Of a DNA stretch of 64,000 nt, positions 48,225-64,000 are shown piece by piece (position 1 is the stretch's first letter; every line of letters starts with the position of its first letter). The position numbers and the translations under genes were made by a program. The notes under the pieces are model-generated. The model was given only the letters and a program-made list of their open reading frames with translations. It was not told the origin of the DNA and did no database searches. Source of the stretch: the human T2T-CHM13v2.0 reference genome, Homo sapiens; assembly GCF_009914755.1 (NCBI RefSeq), contig NC_060935.1. One strand, given 5' to 3'.

Positions 48225-48780
48225 GTGATGTATCATTGGGATGCACCCGGATGCAAAGCCAACAACTAAAAGTGGCTTAAACAGCCAGGGCGTTATTGTC
48301 TCCTGTAAGAAGAGCTGGGTAGGGTAGTTTCAGGGTTGGTTGGTTCTGTGACTCAACAGTGTCATCAAGGACCCAAGTTATGTCCTTTCTCCCACCTTGG
48401 CCTGCATCAAGATGTTGGGTTTTGCCTGATTTTCCCTGCAGTCATGAGATGGCAGCTGCCGCAGCTCTAGACATGATGTTCGCATATACCATTCAAGTCT
48501 CAAGACCCCAAACCAAGGGAAAAGAAACCCTTCCAGAGAAGCTCCACCTAGCATCCTTCCCTCAGGCCTTGATGGCTTGAACTGGGTCACATGCCTGTTC
48601 TGAAACCAATCACTCTCAATGGGACTAGAATCGTGACAGCCTTCAGGACAGTCGGGACTCACCTCTGGGTCAGCAGAGAAAGCCCAAACTCATACCCCCA
48701 TTGCTTCTGACACCGAAAGAGCCACAGTTTTGTTAGCAACAATGAAGGAAGGGCAGAGGATTTCTGAATATCCCTCTGGG
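48225..48780 (-). mobile_element. Old MaLR LTR (MLT1J/K-like)
   Basis: AAGTGGCTTAAACA...TGTCATCAAGGACCCA...AACTGGGTCACATGCC...AACCAATCAC. Confidence 0.7.
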
Positions 48781-49050
48781 AAATAACCTGACAGTATTGG
48801 CAGGGGTTCACAGCCCTTCAGGGCTTCTAACGATCTAAGCTACATATCTGGCCAGAAAGGCACGCAAAACCCATCCAGATAAGGTAGGTCTGACGTCAAA
48901 TACCTTTTCATCATGAAACACATGATCTGGTTAATAACTAGATGCAATACACAGACCTTGTTTAGAATCTGATTCAAACTAATTTATATTTTTGAGGCAA
49001 GCAGGAAAATTTGGGTATAGACTAAGTACTAGGTTGTATTAAGAGATTGT

Positions 49051-49356
<306 letters not shown>

Positions 49357-49424
49357 TTATTAATCATGACAATGGCATTGTGAGAATTAAATGCAAGAAA
49401 CTACATTAGGATGTAAGGAAACGC

Positions 49425-49951
<527 letters not shown>

Positions 49952-50249
49952 TAAGGGATACATACTGAAGTATTTAGGGATAAAATGTCATGATGTCTGG
50001 GATTTGCTTTAACCAAGTACAGCCAAAAAAGGGAGGTGCAGATAGCAAGAGTCAAAACAGAGCTAACAGTTCAATCTATGTGATGGATATACAGAGGTTA
50101 TTACGTAAGCCTGTATACTTTTTTAATGTTTTTAAATTTTTATAATGAAAGCATTTAGCAACTAGGGCATGGTGTCTCTGGCCTGCCTTCTGTAAGTTCA
50201 CTATGCCTTAAGGCTGTTTCTCCTTGAGTCTTTCACATTTTTTCTTCTC

Positions 50250-50545
50250 TCTCCAAGATCTTTGCACTATCGGCTCGTTCTCTGTTCAAATGTCACCCTG
50301 TCACAGGGGTTTCCTCCCCCTTCATAGTCCTTCTGTCTCGTATTAGCCTAATTTTTGTTGTTCTTCAATACAGTTATCACTATGTGAAGTCATCCTACTT
50401 GTTTATTTACTAATTATTGTCTATTTCTTCCATGTAGAACAATCTCCATGAGAAGAGTGACCTAGTATAGCTTGCACAATCTTTCTCCAGGGCCAAATTA
50501 GCACCAGGTGTATGGAGGGCACTCAAATATTTGAATGAATAAACT
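50250..50545 (+). mobile_element. LINE-2 3' end
   Basis: TTCAAATGTCACC...CTCCATGAG...GGCACTCAAATATTTGAATGAATAA. Confidence 0.7.
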
Positions 50546-50635
50546 GAACTTTCTTTCTTTTGAAAAGCCCTTACCAACACAAAGCAAAACAAATGACTAA
50601 GCTAATGAGCACTTTACATCAACGTAAATTCCCTC

Positions 50636-51001
<366 letters not shown>

Positions 51002-51034
51002 TAATTAAAATCCCAGGCTTACTTTAACCCTCAC

Positions 51035-51208
51035 ACTAGTGGTAAATATCTGCCAGACAAGTTTCCAGCCCCTATTCCTGGGCCCATGATAGGCATCATC
51101 AATGGATTTCTGAATTCTTTCTTCTGAGCCTGAATTCACCACAGTGCTCCAGACAGTGATGATTGATCAGGCTTGGTCCATGAGGTGATATCTACTTGTC
51201 ATTCCCAC
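51035..51208. mobile_element. MER102-like hAT-Charlie fossil
   Basis: GTGGTAAATATCTG...GCCCATG...CTGAGCC...ACAGTGCTCCAG...CTACTTGTCATTCC resembles the remembered MER102 consensus. Confidence 0.5.
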
Positions 51209-51699
51209 AGTAAGTCATGCTGTTAAAAAAACAGGTGCCAGTTAGACTGAGCTACCCCTCCAACACTTCTTCCTAGGGTCCACTCCTGCCTCTTCAGGAA
51301 ATGCAAAACCCAAGCCTACAAATAAACCTCAGCATTGGTCAGTAATGCTGCCAGACCACTGGATCAGCCTCCAGGAGGTTATTAAATAGCACAGCCCAGC
51401 TGCCAAAGCCTTCTGAGGCTTGGCATGCAAGTAGAGGCTCCCCTTTGGGGACCGCTGGCTGTCCCTGTTCAGTTACAGATCAGAATTTCCAGCTCTGCTA
51501 CTTTTTAGCTTCCCCTACCTTTCTGCCAAGAAAGCACAAAGACGCACAAAGACACCAAAGCAGGAGTCAGAGGCCTATGTCCCGGCAGGCTCAGCCTCTA
51601 CTGGAGTGCCCGTGGCAGACTGTATCACCTCCCTCCACCTCAGAGTCCACATCTGAAAAGTGCACTGATTCGGTCACAGTTAGAGTGCTTTCCAGTTCT

Positions 51700-51826
51700 T
51701 TTTTTGGTTTGTTCTTTTTTGTTGTTGAGGTTGCCTGGGCTGGTCTCAAACTCCTGGCTTCAAGTAATCCTCTTGCCTTGGCCCCCTCAAAGTGCTGGGA
51801 TTACAGGTATGAGCCACCATACCTGG
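51700..51826 (-). mobile_element. Alu left-arm fragment
   Basis: GGCTGGTCTCAAACTCCTGG...AAGTGCTGGGATTACAGG. Confidence 0.8.
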
Positions 51827-52084
51827 ACACTTCCCAGTTTTAACTTCAGATTCAAAGTCAAAGTTCTCAGAGCTCTGATATTATGTGCATAATCCCTGAC
51901 ACAAAGAAGATATCCTATGAATATTTACAGGAGGATAGGAAAAATAACTAGTTTGGGAAAAAAGAGCCTCTTTAGTGGTCCATCAGTGGCCACTATCAGA
52001 GGAAGGTCTGAATGTGGTGGAGAATAAATGCTCTCCAAGACAGAACCAGTGCTATACCTTCCAGTATGTGTTCTTTCCCCATGG

Positions 52085-52320
52085 AGGTTCTGTGATAATG
52101 CAGGATTAAAAATCAGTGGGCCCAAAGTTCTGCTATCTGCTGCCGACGTGACCTTAGGCAAGTTAAGCTCTCCGTTCCCTAGTTTCCTCACTTATAAGGT
52201 GCAGATAATCATAGCACCAACATCATAGCATTATTGAAATAGCAATATACTACCTGTAAGAACCTAGAAAAGTGCATGGCACATAGTAAGTGCTTAATGA
52301 AGTTAGCTCTTACTATTACT
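52085..52320 (+). mobile_element. MIR
   Basis: GTGACCTTAGGCAAGTTAA...AGTTTCCTCAC...GGCACATAGTAAGTGCT. Confidence 0.8.
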
Positions 52321-52350
52321 ACTCTTACTACTGTATTGATCTATAGATTA

Positions 52351-52750
<400 letters not shown>

Positions 52751-52879
52751 AGAAAAAGCTGGATAAATGTTTACTAAATGAATGAATGAGTGAGGTAAAA
52801 CCAACTCTTAATTCCTTCCAGGTCTTTCTTCTCTCTCTGTACTCTAATAGGCTAGCAGTCTCCTACAATGTTAGATTTT

Positions 52880-54055
<1,176 letters not shown>

Positions 54056-55059
54056 CCTAGTTTTTATATAAAGCATCAAAGAAGATGATATTTCTAGGGG
54101 AAAGGAGTGGGAGCAATTCAGGAAGATCCTCTGTGTCCCACCCTAGGAATCCACCCCCCTAGCCACTTGAGGGCCCAGTAGCAGGGGAAACGTGGCCTGG
54201 CTCTCACTCTCAGGCCTCAGGCACATTTGGTTATCTTCACTCACCCCAGTTCCTTTCCACTCTCAATTAGCTTTTGAAGGAAAGCAACCCCAAAAGTGAC
54301 AGGAGTCAGGGACCTTGTTGGAAAAAGTCATCCTCAGCCCAGGATTACATACTCCTTCCTTGGGGGTAAAATGTCAACTCTATAGCATCATCCTATAAGT
54401 GGGACTCTATATGCATGTTGTTAAGGATTTAAAATAAAATTCCCGTATTTCCACTCTTCCCCCTCTCCCAGATACGTTTCTCCCAAGAGAAACTTACAGA
54501 GAAAAAAACTTTAGAAACCAAATGATCCTGCCTGGGAGAAAGAGTTCTGGATTATGTTTTCTGCTGCTATGACCTTGGCAGAATCTGGTTTAAACAATCC
54601 CCCGGCAGCTGCGCGTACATGGTTAGAATGCACTTTGTCTGCTGTCTCACTCCCAGACCCAACTCCTCGCTGGCTGTTTAACATTTCCAACCCTCATTCT
54701 GCCTGTACTCTGAAATGTGTCATCTAGCACAGTGTGTGAAAATATTGAGATTAAGGTGGCCTCATCAGCCCTAAGCAACTCTGACTCTGTCCAACTCCAG
54801 AATAAAGATTTGGTTTGTGCTTGGACTGGTCCTGCTGTCCAGGCTGGATTGGCAGTCAAAGTCAGACAGATGGAGAGATCACGTGGGTCAGACAGGTTGG
54901 AAGGAGGCCCACTCAGTATCCCCCCTTCTGGAAAGACACTGGCTTCAGCATTCAGGCAATCTTCCTTCTTCCCAGGCTTCCAGTTTCAAGAGTGATGAAA
55001 TCTGTTATCAAGGGAGTACTTGCTTTTTTGACTGTGAGAAATCCTGCAATGACAGTCTC

Positions 55060-55320
55060 TATCCACAGCATCGGAGTGAGGGACGCAGGCTTTGCAGCTG
55101 GAGGGAGCCTGGTGTGAGGCTGGCTTTGATGCTCACTTGCTTGGTGACTTGGGGCAGGCTGCTTAACCTCCCCAAGCCTCTGCTGCTTCCTCTGAAAATT
55201 GAGGAGAACAGTATCTGCCCTTCTACTGGTGTGATGAGGATTAAATGAGACAACGTATGCAAAATTCTTAGCACTGTACCTGAGCTAGTAACTGCTGAAT
55301 AAACAGTTTCTGTTATTACT
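55060..55320 (+). mobile_element. MIR
   Basis: GTGACTTGGGGCAGGCTGCTTAACCTC...GAGGATTAAATGAGA. Confidence 0.75.
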
Positions 55321-56214
55321 GCAACAGGATCATTCATTCCTCCAGAGCAGAAACCACCTTTTTGTTCTCCATGATGCCTCTAGAGATGCCGGCCACCGGG
55401 CAGGCATTCAAGGAACCCTTATTGGCTCTCAACATTCACACTATCTGGATCTAGTTAGTTGTAGGTACTTCAAAAGGAACATTTTATAACACCCCTCCTT
55501 GTCTGGTTTAGTTCTGAAATGGAAAGCAAATTGGCCACTCAGCCATCCAGAATCCTGAAAACACGTGGCCTCTCATATGGTCACACCTTCTATTTGCATC
55601 TACAGCTGATTAAAAGCAAAAATCTACGAGATGAACTTTTCAATAATAATTGTCAACACTCAGTTTAGACCAAACAGTTGAACTAAAACTTCAAGTATGT
55701 CAAGGTAGCACTGGGTCAGAGATAGACTAGAAGAGAAGTAACATTTAAATTCATCTGGCACAATTTAAGATCCCATTAAGACAGAAATAAACCCAGCCTG
55801 CAAGCTATTCAGCACCTAAATGGCTCACTCCTTCAAACCTGTAATCTGAATATTTAAGACACCCTCTAAAGAAGTGCTTCTCTTTCAGAGAGGAAAGGTT
55901 TCATTAGAACAAATAAACACTGAAGTCAGTGAATATAACAAATAATTGCTCTAACAGCAGCAACCAAAAGATACTCTCATTAATGGTCTGTTGAAACTCT
56001 TCAAATAAAGTTACCCTTGCCCTACTTAATGTGGTGATGTGTTTCTCTAGAAGACTGGTTTTTCCACTCCACTTCCTTCCAGATCCATCTTCCATCCCAC
56101 TTCCCACTCCACCCCCCTGCCCAGATCACCCAGCATCTTCTCTCCACAGCATCCAATCTTCCTCTTCTATCCACAGCTGACCTACAGTTCTCAGGCCATG
56201 AGGGCTCCCAACCT

Positions 56215-56600
56215 TCCCTCTCAGCATGGGGTGGAGCATGTGGTTATGGACTACAATGACTGGTTCAATGATGGGGCACATGACCTAGGCCAGGCCCATC
56301 AGAGCCAACGAGACTCAAGTCCAGAATCTTTGAGCTATCACAAGAAGCCAACTGGTCCCCTTTCCTACTCAGCTTCAAAGCTGAGGCTGCTGCAGCTAGT
56401 TTGCAACCACAGGAGAAAGGCTGCCAGATAATGGAGCCAACCCAGGAGCAGAATCCAGAAGCAAGAGTAAGCAAAAGAAACAGGGTCCCAAAGGTACCAG
56501 TGAACCTCTGAGTCAAAGTGTACCTGAAGCCAATCCTACTTTGGGACTTTTAAACAAGCCAGTAAATTCAACTGTGTCTGTAGCCTGCAGAGTCCTGACA
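56215..56600 (+). mobile_element. Old MaLR LTR (MLT1J/K-like)
   Basis: TGACTGGTTCAATGATGGGGCACATGACC...CATCAGAG...CCTGAAGCCA. Confidence 0.65.
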
Positions 56601-56989
56601 CTGAAATGGTAAACAGAAGTGTACTTAGAAGCTACTTTATGGTTTCTTAGCTTTAAATTACTTAGGAAATGAGAATGATGCACTGGATTCCCAGAACTCC
56701 GTCCCATCTCTGTGCCCAAGTATGAGTCCAGGACTGGCTATTTCTGACCAAGTGGTTGCTGGCTGGGAAGTGCCAGGGACTTCACTTGGGGAATACTGCT
56801 TAGATAAACAGGTCTTGGGTAACGACAAAGCACTGATCTCAGGACTCCTGACTTCTGGTCCCTGCTGGGTCACTCCTTGGCCATGGGACCTCAAGTAAAC
56901 CCTTCTGCACTTCATTTTCTTCTAAAGGAAAACAAAGCCCTCTGCCTCTAACACAGGGAGAATAGGAGCCAGTACTGCCTGGTATTTTG

Positions 56990-57225
56990 GGCTTTGAGTT
57001 GGGTAGATCTAGGTTCAAATCCCTAGTCTACCCTAGATCCAAGATTAGGATTTGGGTCAAGAGGCCCAATCTCTCTGACCCTCAGTTTCCTTCTTTGTAA
57101 AATGGGAACAAATCAGAGTATTGTTGCACAGAGTTATTTTAAGAATTAAATAAGGTAAAGTTTATAAAGTGTTTAGTAAGGTGTCTGATATATAGAAAGA
57201 CACAATAAATGGTAGCTATAATAGC
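56990..57225 (+). mobile_element. MIR
   Basis: GGTTCAAATCCC...CTCAGTTTCCTTCTTTGTAAAATGGG...AATAAATGGTAGCTAT. Confidence 0.8.
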
Positions 57226-60119
57226 TGTGAGATCAAATGAGAAAGAATGTGAAAGTGCTTTGTAAAAACCATGAGAAACTGTACCTGTATTAGGGATTAT
57301 TGTCATCACCTCTCATTCCTAAAATGGCCATGGTTATAACATCATAGTGTGGGGTAAAGGCAATAAACTTATGAAATAAATTCAATTGATAAATTATACC
57401 CAATCCAGCAGAGAGATAGTTGTCAATGAGGCATAGGGGTGCAAACCCCATGCTATAACTGTCATTTCATCAACAGTTTAGCACACTCCCAAGAAATATG
57501 TTAGGGTGGTTCATGGAAAATGCTATCAATAGTGACCTGTTAAATGTTCCTCTGGAGGCCTGGAACTGTTCCCAAGCTATGTGCATGCAGTCAGATCCCT
57601 TTGGAACTTTTCCAGAGCTACACCTGCAAAAGTACAGGTAAGATCCCCTTCCTGATTCTCCAACTTCTTTTAACAACTTCATGGGCAGGATGCAAATCTG
57701 CCTCTTTATGAATGAGAAATTTCAGTTGCTGAGCTTGGCAGCAGAGATTTCCAAGAAATCCAGCCTTCCAGTGGACCCCCTCCTATGTTCCACCAGCACA
57801 TCCCATAAAACGAGGGAGTTCTGGGTTTCAAATGGGCTGCTTGCAGGAAAGAGACAGCTGTGGTAAAACCAAAAAGATATTCCTTCCACGTGTTGAAGAA
57901 TAAAGTCCTCCTGATTGAAGGGACTTTGGCTTCTTTTTAGTTTGGAGGCATTTTAAAAAGCATACATGACAAGCCTAAGAAGTGCTTACCACAAGCATAT
58001 AAAGGGTCACTTCAACTCATGTAAGTATTGCTTAACGCGGAAAAAATTAAAGCTTGAAAAATCAGGACCATAAAACGCAAGGAGTAAGGAGTTGTGGAAA
58101 AACAACCCCATCTGAGGTTGCAATACTCCTTCAGGAAAATAGATACACTGTTCTCTTACTCTCTTTTCTAACTGTAGCCTATATACCAGCCATGTGTATT
58201 TTGGACTCCTTCCCATCCTACCATGATTTCCTGTCTAAGTCTGGGTCCCATGGTAACTGGAGCAATTTGGCATGCTGGCCCCAAACACCATGACTGGCCA
58301 CGTGAGGGATGCCAAGTGGGTATCTCTTCCATAACAAACATCTCTCTCTTCTGGCTCTGTAATGAGGTTACTCTCTTACTCATAAACTCTTACTAATAAA
58401 GTCTTCAGTTGACAAATGAATCTTCCCATCCAGCCTCTTTCACTCACCCAGAAGAAGTGATAATCTTTTGCAGAGCCAGAAGATCTATGTATTCAAGTTT
58501 ACATTGCACGGGGTAGAAGGGTTGCAAGACTGCGGGAAAAAGAAAAATTAAAAACCCCAGCTTTGCTGCTAGCAAAAGTGTTAAGTAGTTCAGTAAAAGC
58601 CAAACCTCATTTATGGAGTGAGCAGAAGTTATCCTTGGAAATGTATTTCCTGGTGAGAGTCCCAAGGATATGGTGACATGAGTCACAGGTTTTACAAGCC
58701 TGAGGGCTAACTTCTATTTATCTTTCAGATCTCAACACAAATGACCACCTCTGGGACTATGACAACTCCATGCCCCCAATCTGATTTTGTAGCCATGGTC
58801 TTCCCAGTATAGTATGCAATAGCCTGTATTACAACTGCCTGTTTGATTCTTGCTTTCGGACCCAGAGCTCCTGAAGGGCAGGACTGTAACTTTTCGCCTC
58901 TATTCTGATGCAGCACTTAACGTAAAGGAGGCATCTGTAAATGCATGTGATGTGGCTGTAGGCAGACCTAGCTCTAGATCACATCACAAATTTGGAGCAT
59001 TCACCCTCTAACCTGTCCCAGCCTCCTGCATCTTCACTGCCACCTACCCACTGCACAGTTCTCCCTTCTCCTCCATGAAGACCTACCTTAAGGAAAGGCT
59101 ACGCTAGTAATCATTCAGACTAAGGTCAAATGGAATCCTACACGCAAAATTATTCCCTCCGAAAATGTAACCCCCACACTCACACTCAGGGTATTATGCA
59201 CCCATCCACCCTTGACCTAAGGGAATTAAATTATAATTGGATAATTTTAGCCAATCACAGGGGTAGATATTTTGGTTGGGTTTTTTGAGGAGGAGCTAGA
59301 AAAACTGGCTCCTCCAGCTGCTTTTGAAAGCACACAGTGACCCACTCCTGGCCCTCAGCAAACCCAGCATCCAGGGACCACCCCCCGAGCCCAGGGGAGT
59401 TGGTCCAGCCTAGCCCGCTGTCCAGCAATGCCTCTGTTGATTTTGCTAATAGAGCAAACAGACCCTCTTTGAAAAAGAGGCAAAGGCAGGAGAACTCTGC
59501 TTTCCTGCCCATTTCCTCTGCCTTATTAAGCAAGAAGAACTGGTTTCAGTTAAAAAAAAAAAAAAATCCTGAAAGCCACTGATGGAACAGTCTCTGAAGT
59601 GCGTTCAGGGAGTCACAGGACATGGAAGGAAATGGAGGGCACAGGAACATGAATTATGGTGAGCACTGGGGAAATGCCTGCTTCGTCTGGGTGAGAAACA
59701 GGCAAAGACTTTGAGGTCAACAATGGCCATTCATAAACAAACAGCTTTAACTTATTAAGCATCAAGGGTTTTACAAATATTTCTCGAATGATTTTACATG
59801 TGTTGTCTCAGTTGATTCTCCTAATCCAACCCTATAGCACAAGTACTATCACTTTAAAAAATAAACTGAGGCTCAGAAAGGTTTAATAATTTACCTACCC
59901 CCAGAAGTTCAAGAACAGGTAAAAGTAATTGAAGGTGGCAGGAGTCAGAATAATAGTTATGTGGGGTAGACACTAACAAGGAATGGCCATGAGGGTGTCT
60001 CCTAGGCAGGAGTGTTTTAAATCTTGATCTTGACCTGGGTAAGTTACATAGCGGCATGTCTGGGTAAAAATTCATCAAGCTGTGCATTTAAGACTCTGGA
60101 CTTTATGCATCCCAATCTA

Positions 60120-60580
<461 letters not shown>

Positions 60581-61501
60581 CTAATTCCAAAACCTATGTT
60601 CTTGTCTCCTTTACTCTGTCAAATTCAAGATTCAGAGGCAGGACATGAGGATACGTTATACCCAGATGCTGGGATCTGCAAGCACATGACTGACGTGTCT
60701 CAAACATCTTGGTGCTTCCCCTTTCCACTAAGGGAAGGGAGCCACAGGTGAAAAAAAAAAAAAAAGCCACAGGCAAAAGTCATGATGCTGAGTGGTGACG
60801 ATGGAAACAGAAAGGTCTAAAATCACACCAAGGCAAACACTATCAGATCCAACCCAAACGTTTCCTTCTCTTGGAAGGAAAATCTCCTGGCTAACATGAA
60901 TGCTCCTAAGGTGACTCTAATGAAAGCCTTTACATCTGGCACAGCAAGGACAAAAACAACCCTGTCTTTGTTCAACTGTTTTAGACACATACGGGAGCTC
61001 ATGCCTAAGACCTGCCCCAACCTAAGAATCCAGGCAACTTAAATATCCCTACTGTTCTGTGTTCTCCATGTGAAAGCCACTGTGGCTGGAAGAGAAAACT
61101 CACTTCTCAGAGCATTTTGCACAGATGAGAGGCAATCAGAAAGGGTATGAATGGTGGCCTGTGGCATGGTTCAGGTGGTTCATGGGATAATAAATAGCTA
61201 CCACCTATTGAGAACCCACTAATTTTTTAACCTCAGGTGCACAAATTGGATTTATCATAATCCTTGGTTCATGACCATTTTTAATTAGCTATAATGTGAA
61301 CTCAACTCCCAAACAAAAGCTAGAGCCTTGGCAACCATCTACATGCATCTAAACCATATGACCCTCCCTCCCCTAATCCTTCCCTTTCCCTCTTCCCATG
61401 AGGCATAACCATCAACCGTGTTTCCCATCCCCTCACTTTCTCTCTTACATGGTATTTACTGTGCCTGTAATGTACTCCTTCAGCACATCTTAATATTTGG
61501 G

Positions 61502-62838
<1,337 letters not shown>

Positions 62839-63112
62839 AATATTTGTTTTTAATTTCTCTACATTGTATTGTGCTGTAATATAATCTTTTGAGCTTATTT
62901 TTTTCACTTACTACTAAAGCTTATTCAACTAATTTTTCCTCCTATTCATTCAATGTCAGCTGAGCCCATGCACCTTCTGAGAAGCATTGTTTACACTTTT
63001 GCATTTCACATTTACAACACCATAAGGCAGGTACTACTATCATTCCAAGTTTATAGATTAAAAAACAAATAGGTTGAGGTACTTGCCTAGCACCACATTA
63101 AAAAAGCAGCCA

Positions 63113-63409
63113 GGCCAGGCACAGCATTCTGGGAGGCTGAGGCAGGAGGATTGCTTGAGGCCACAAGTTTGAGACTAGCCTGGCCAACATAGTGAGATCT
63201 TATCTCTATAAAAAATTTTAAAAAATTATCTGGGTGTGGTGACTTGTGCCTGTAGTCCCAGCTGTTTGGAAGGATCAGGTGGAAAGATCACTTGAGCCCA
63301 GGAGTTTGAGGTTGTCATGAGCCATGATCGTACCACTACACTCCAGCCTAGGTGACAGAGGGAGGCCCTGTCTCAAAAAAAAACAAAACAAACAAACAAA
63401 CAAAAAAAA
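63113..63409 (+). mobile_element. AluJ-type with 5' internal deletion, inside a MIR
   Basis: AAAAAAGCAGC TSD. Confidence 0.87.
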
Positions 63410-63569
63410 GCAGCTTACCTGCAGTTAGACCCGGGTTTGTTTCCAAAGCCCTTATTTCCCTACTGTAAGACTCAGGGTTAATGCTTGCATATGGGTGGGC
63501 TCCCTCCCCATGCCAAAGGAAGGGTGGCCAAAGATAACCCCCAAACTGGTAATCATCATCACCATCATC

Positions 63570-63800
63570 ATGACTAACATACGGGAGACTCACACACCAG
63601 GTCCTGTTCCAAGCATTTTACGAGGTGTAGTTCATTTAATCTTGTCCACAACTATCATATGAGGGAAACAGGATTATCCCTATCTTACAGACAAGTAAAC
63701 TGAGGCACCGAGATATGAAGTAATTTGTCCAAGAAGAAGTGGAGCCAAGATTTGAATGCAGGCAGTCCAGCTTCATACCCACACCGTCAATCACAAGGCC
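63570..63800 (-). mobile_element. MIR
   Basis: TCATTTAATCTTG...TAAACTGAGGCACCGAGA...TTTGTCCAAG...GATTTGAA. Confidence 0.8.
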
Positions 63801-64000
63801 CTACTGCTTCTCAGTTTACTGAGGAGGACAACCACCTGAGTGCAAGTGAGTGGATTCGGATGAGTGCTGGCTAAGAGGAGGCCTGTGCTGGGCTTGCACC
63901 TGGGTGGAAACTGCAGCACTTCCGGAACCTGGCTTATTTGTTGAGGAAGGCCCCGATTCTGCGCCTGTCTGGGGAGAAGAGTTGCATGCAGGGGCTGTGT

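Overview
Human genomic DNA: it contains a near-consensus AluYb8, a human-specific subfamily. The window is repeat-dense and looks intronic or intergenic, and I could not recognise any intact protein-coding exon. The only gene-derived element is a full-length processed pseudogene of MMADHC (cblD) on the minus strand (about 61502-62838). It has a 5'UTR, disrupted CDS, 3'UTR, AATAAA, poly(A) and a target-site duplication. One of its lesions (Tyr140 TAC->TAAC) appears to match a reported pathogenic MMADHC allele. The rest is about 47 Alu elements or monomers (several nested or closely inverted), many MIR/L2/L1M fragments, MaLR solo LTRs and DNA-transposon fossils. There are also a few repeat-poor islands with clustered transcription-factor motifs (candidate enhancers). 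Almost all entries in the ORF track are Alu-derived or chance ORFs. I found no convincing undescribed multi-gene system. Repeat family names and parent-gene comparisons come from remembered consensus sequences, not database searches, and boundaries of old repeats are approximate.
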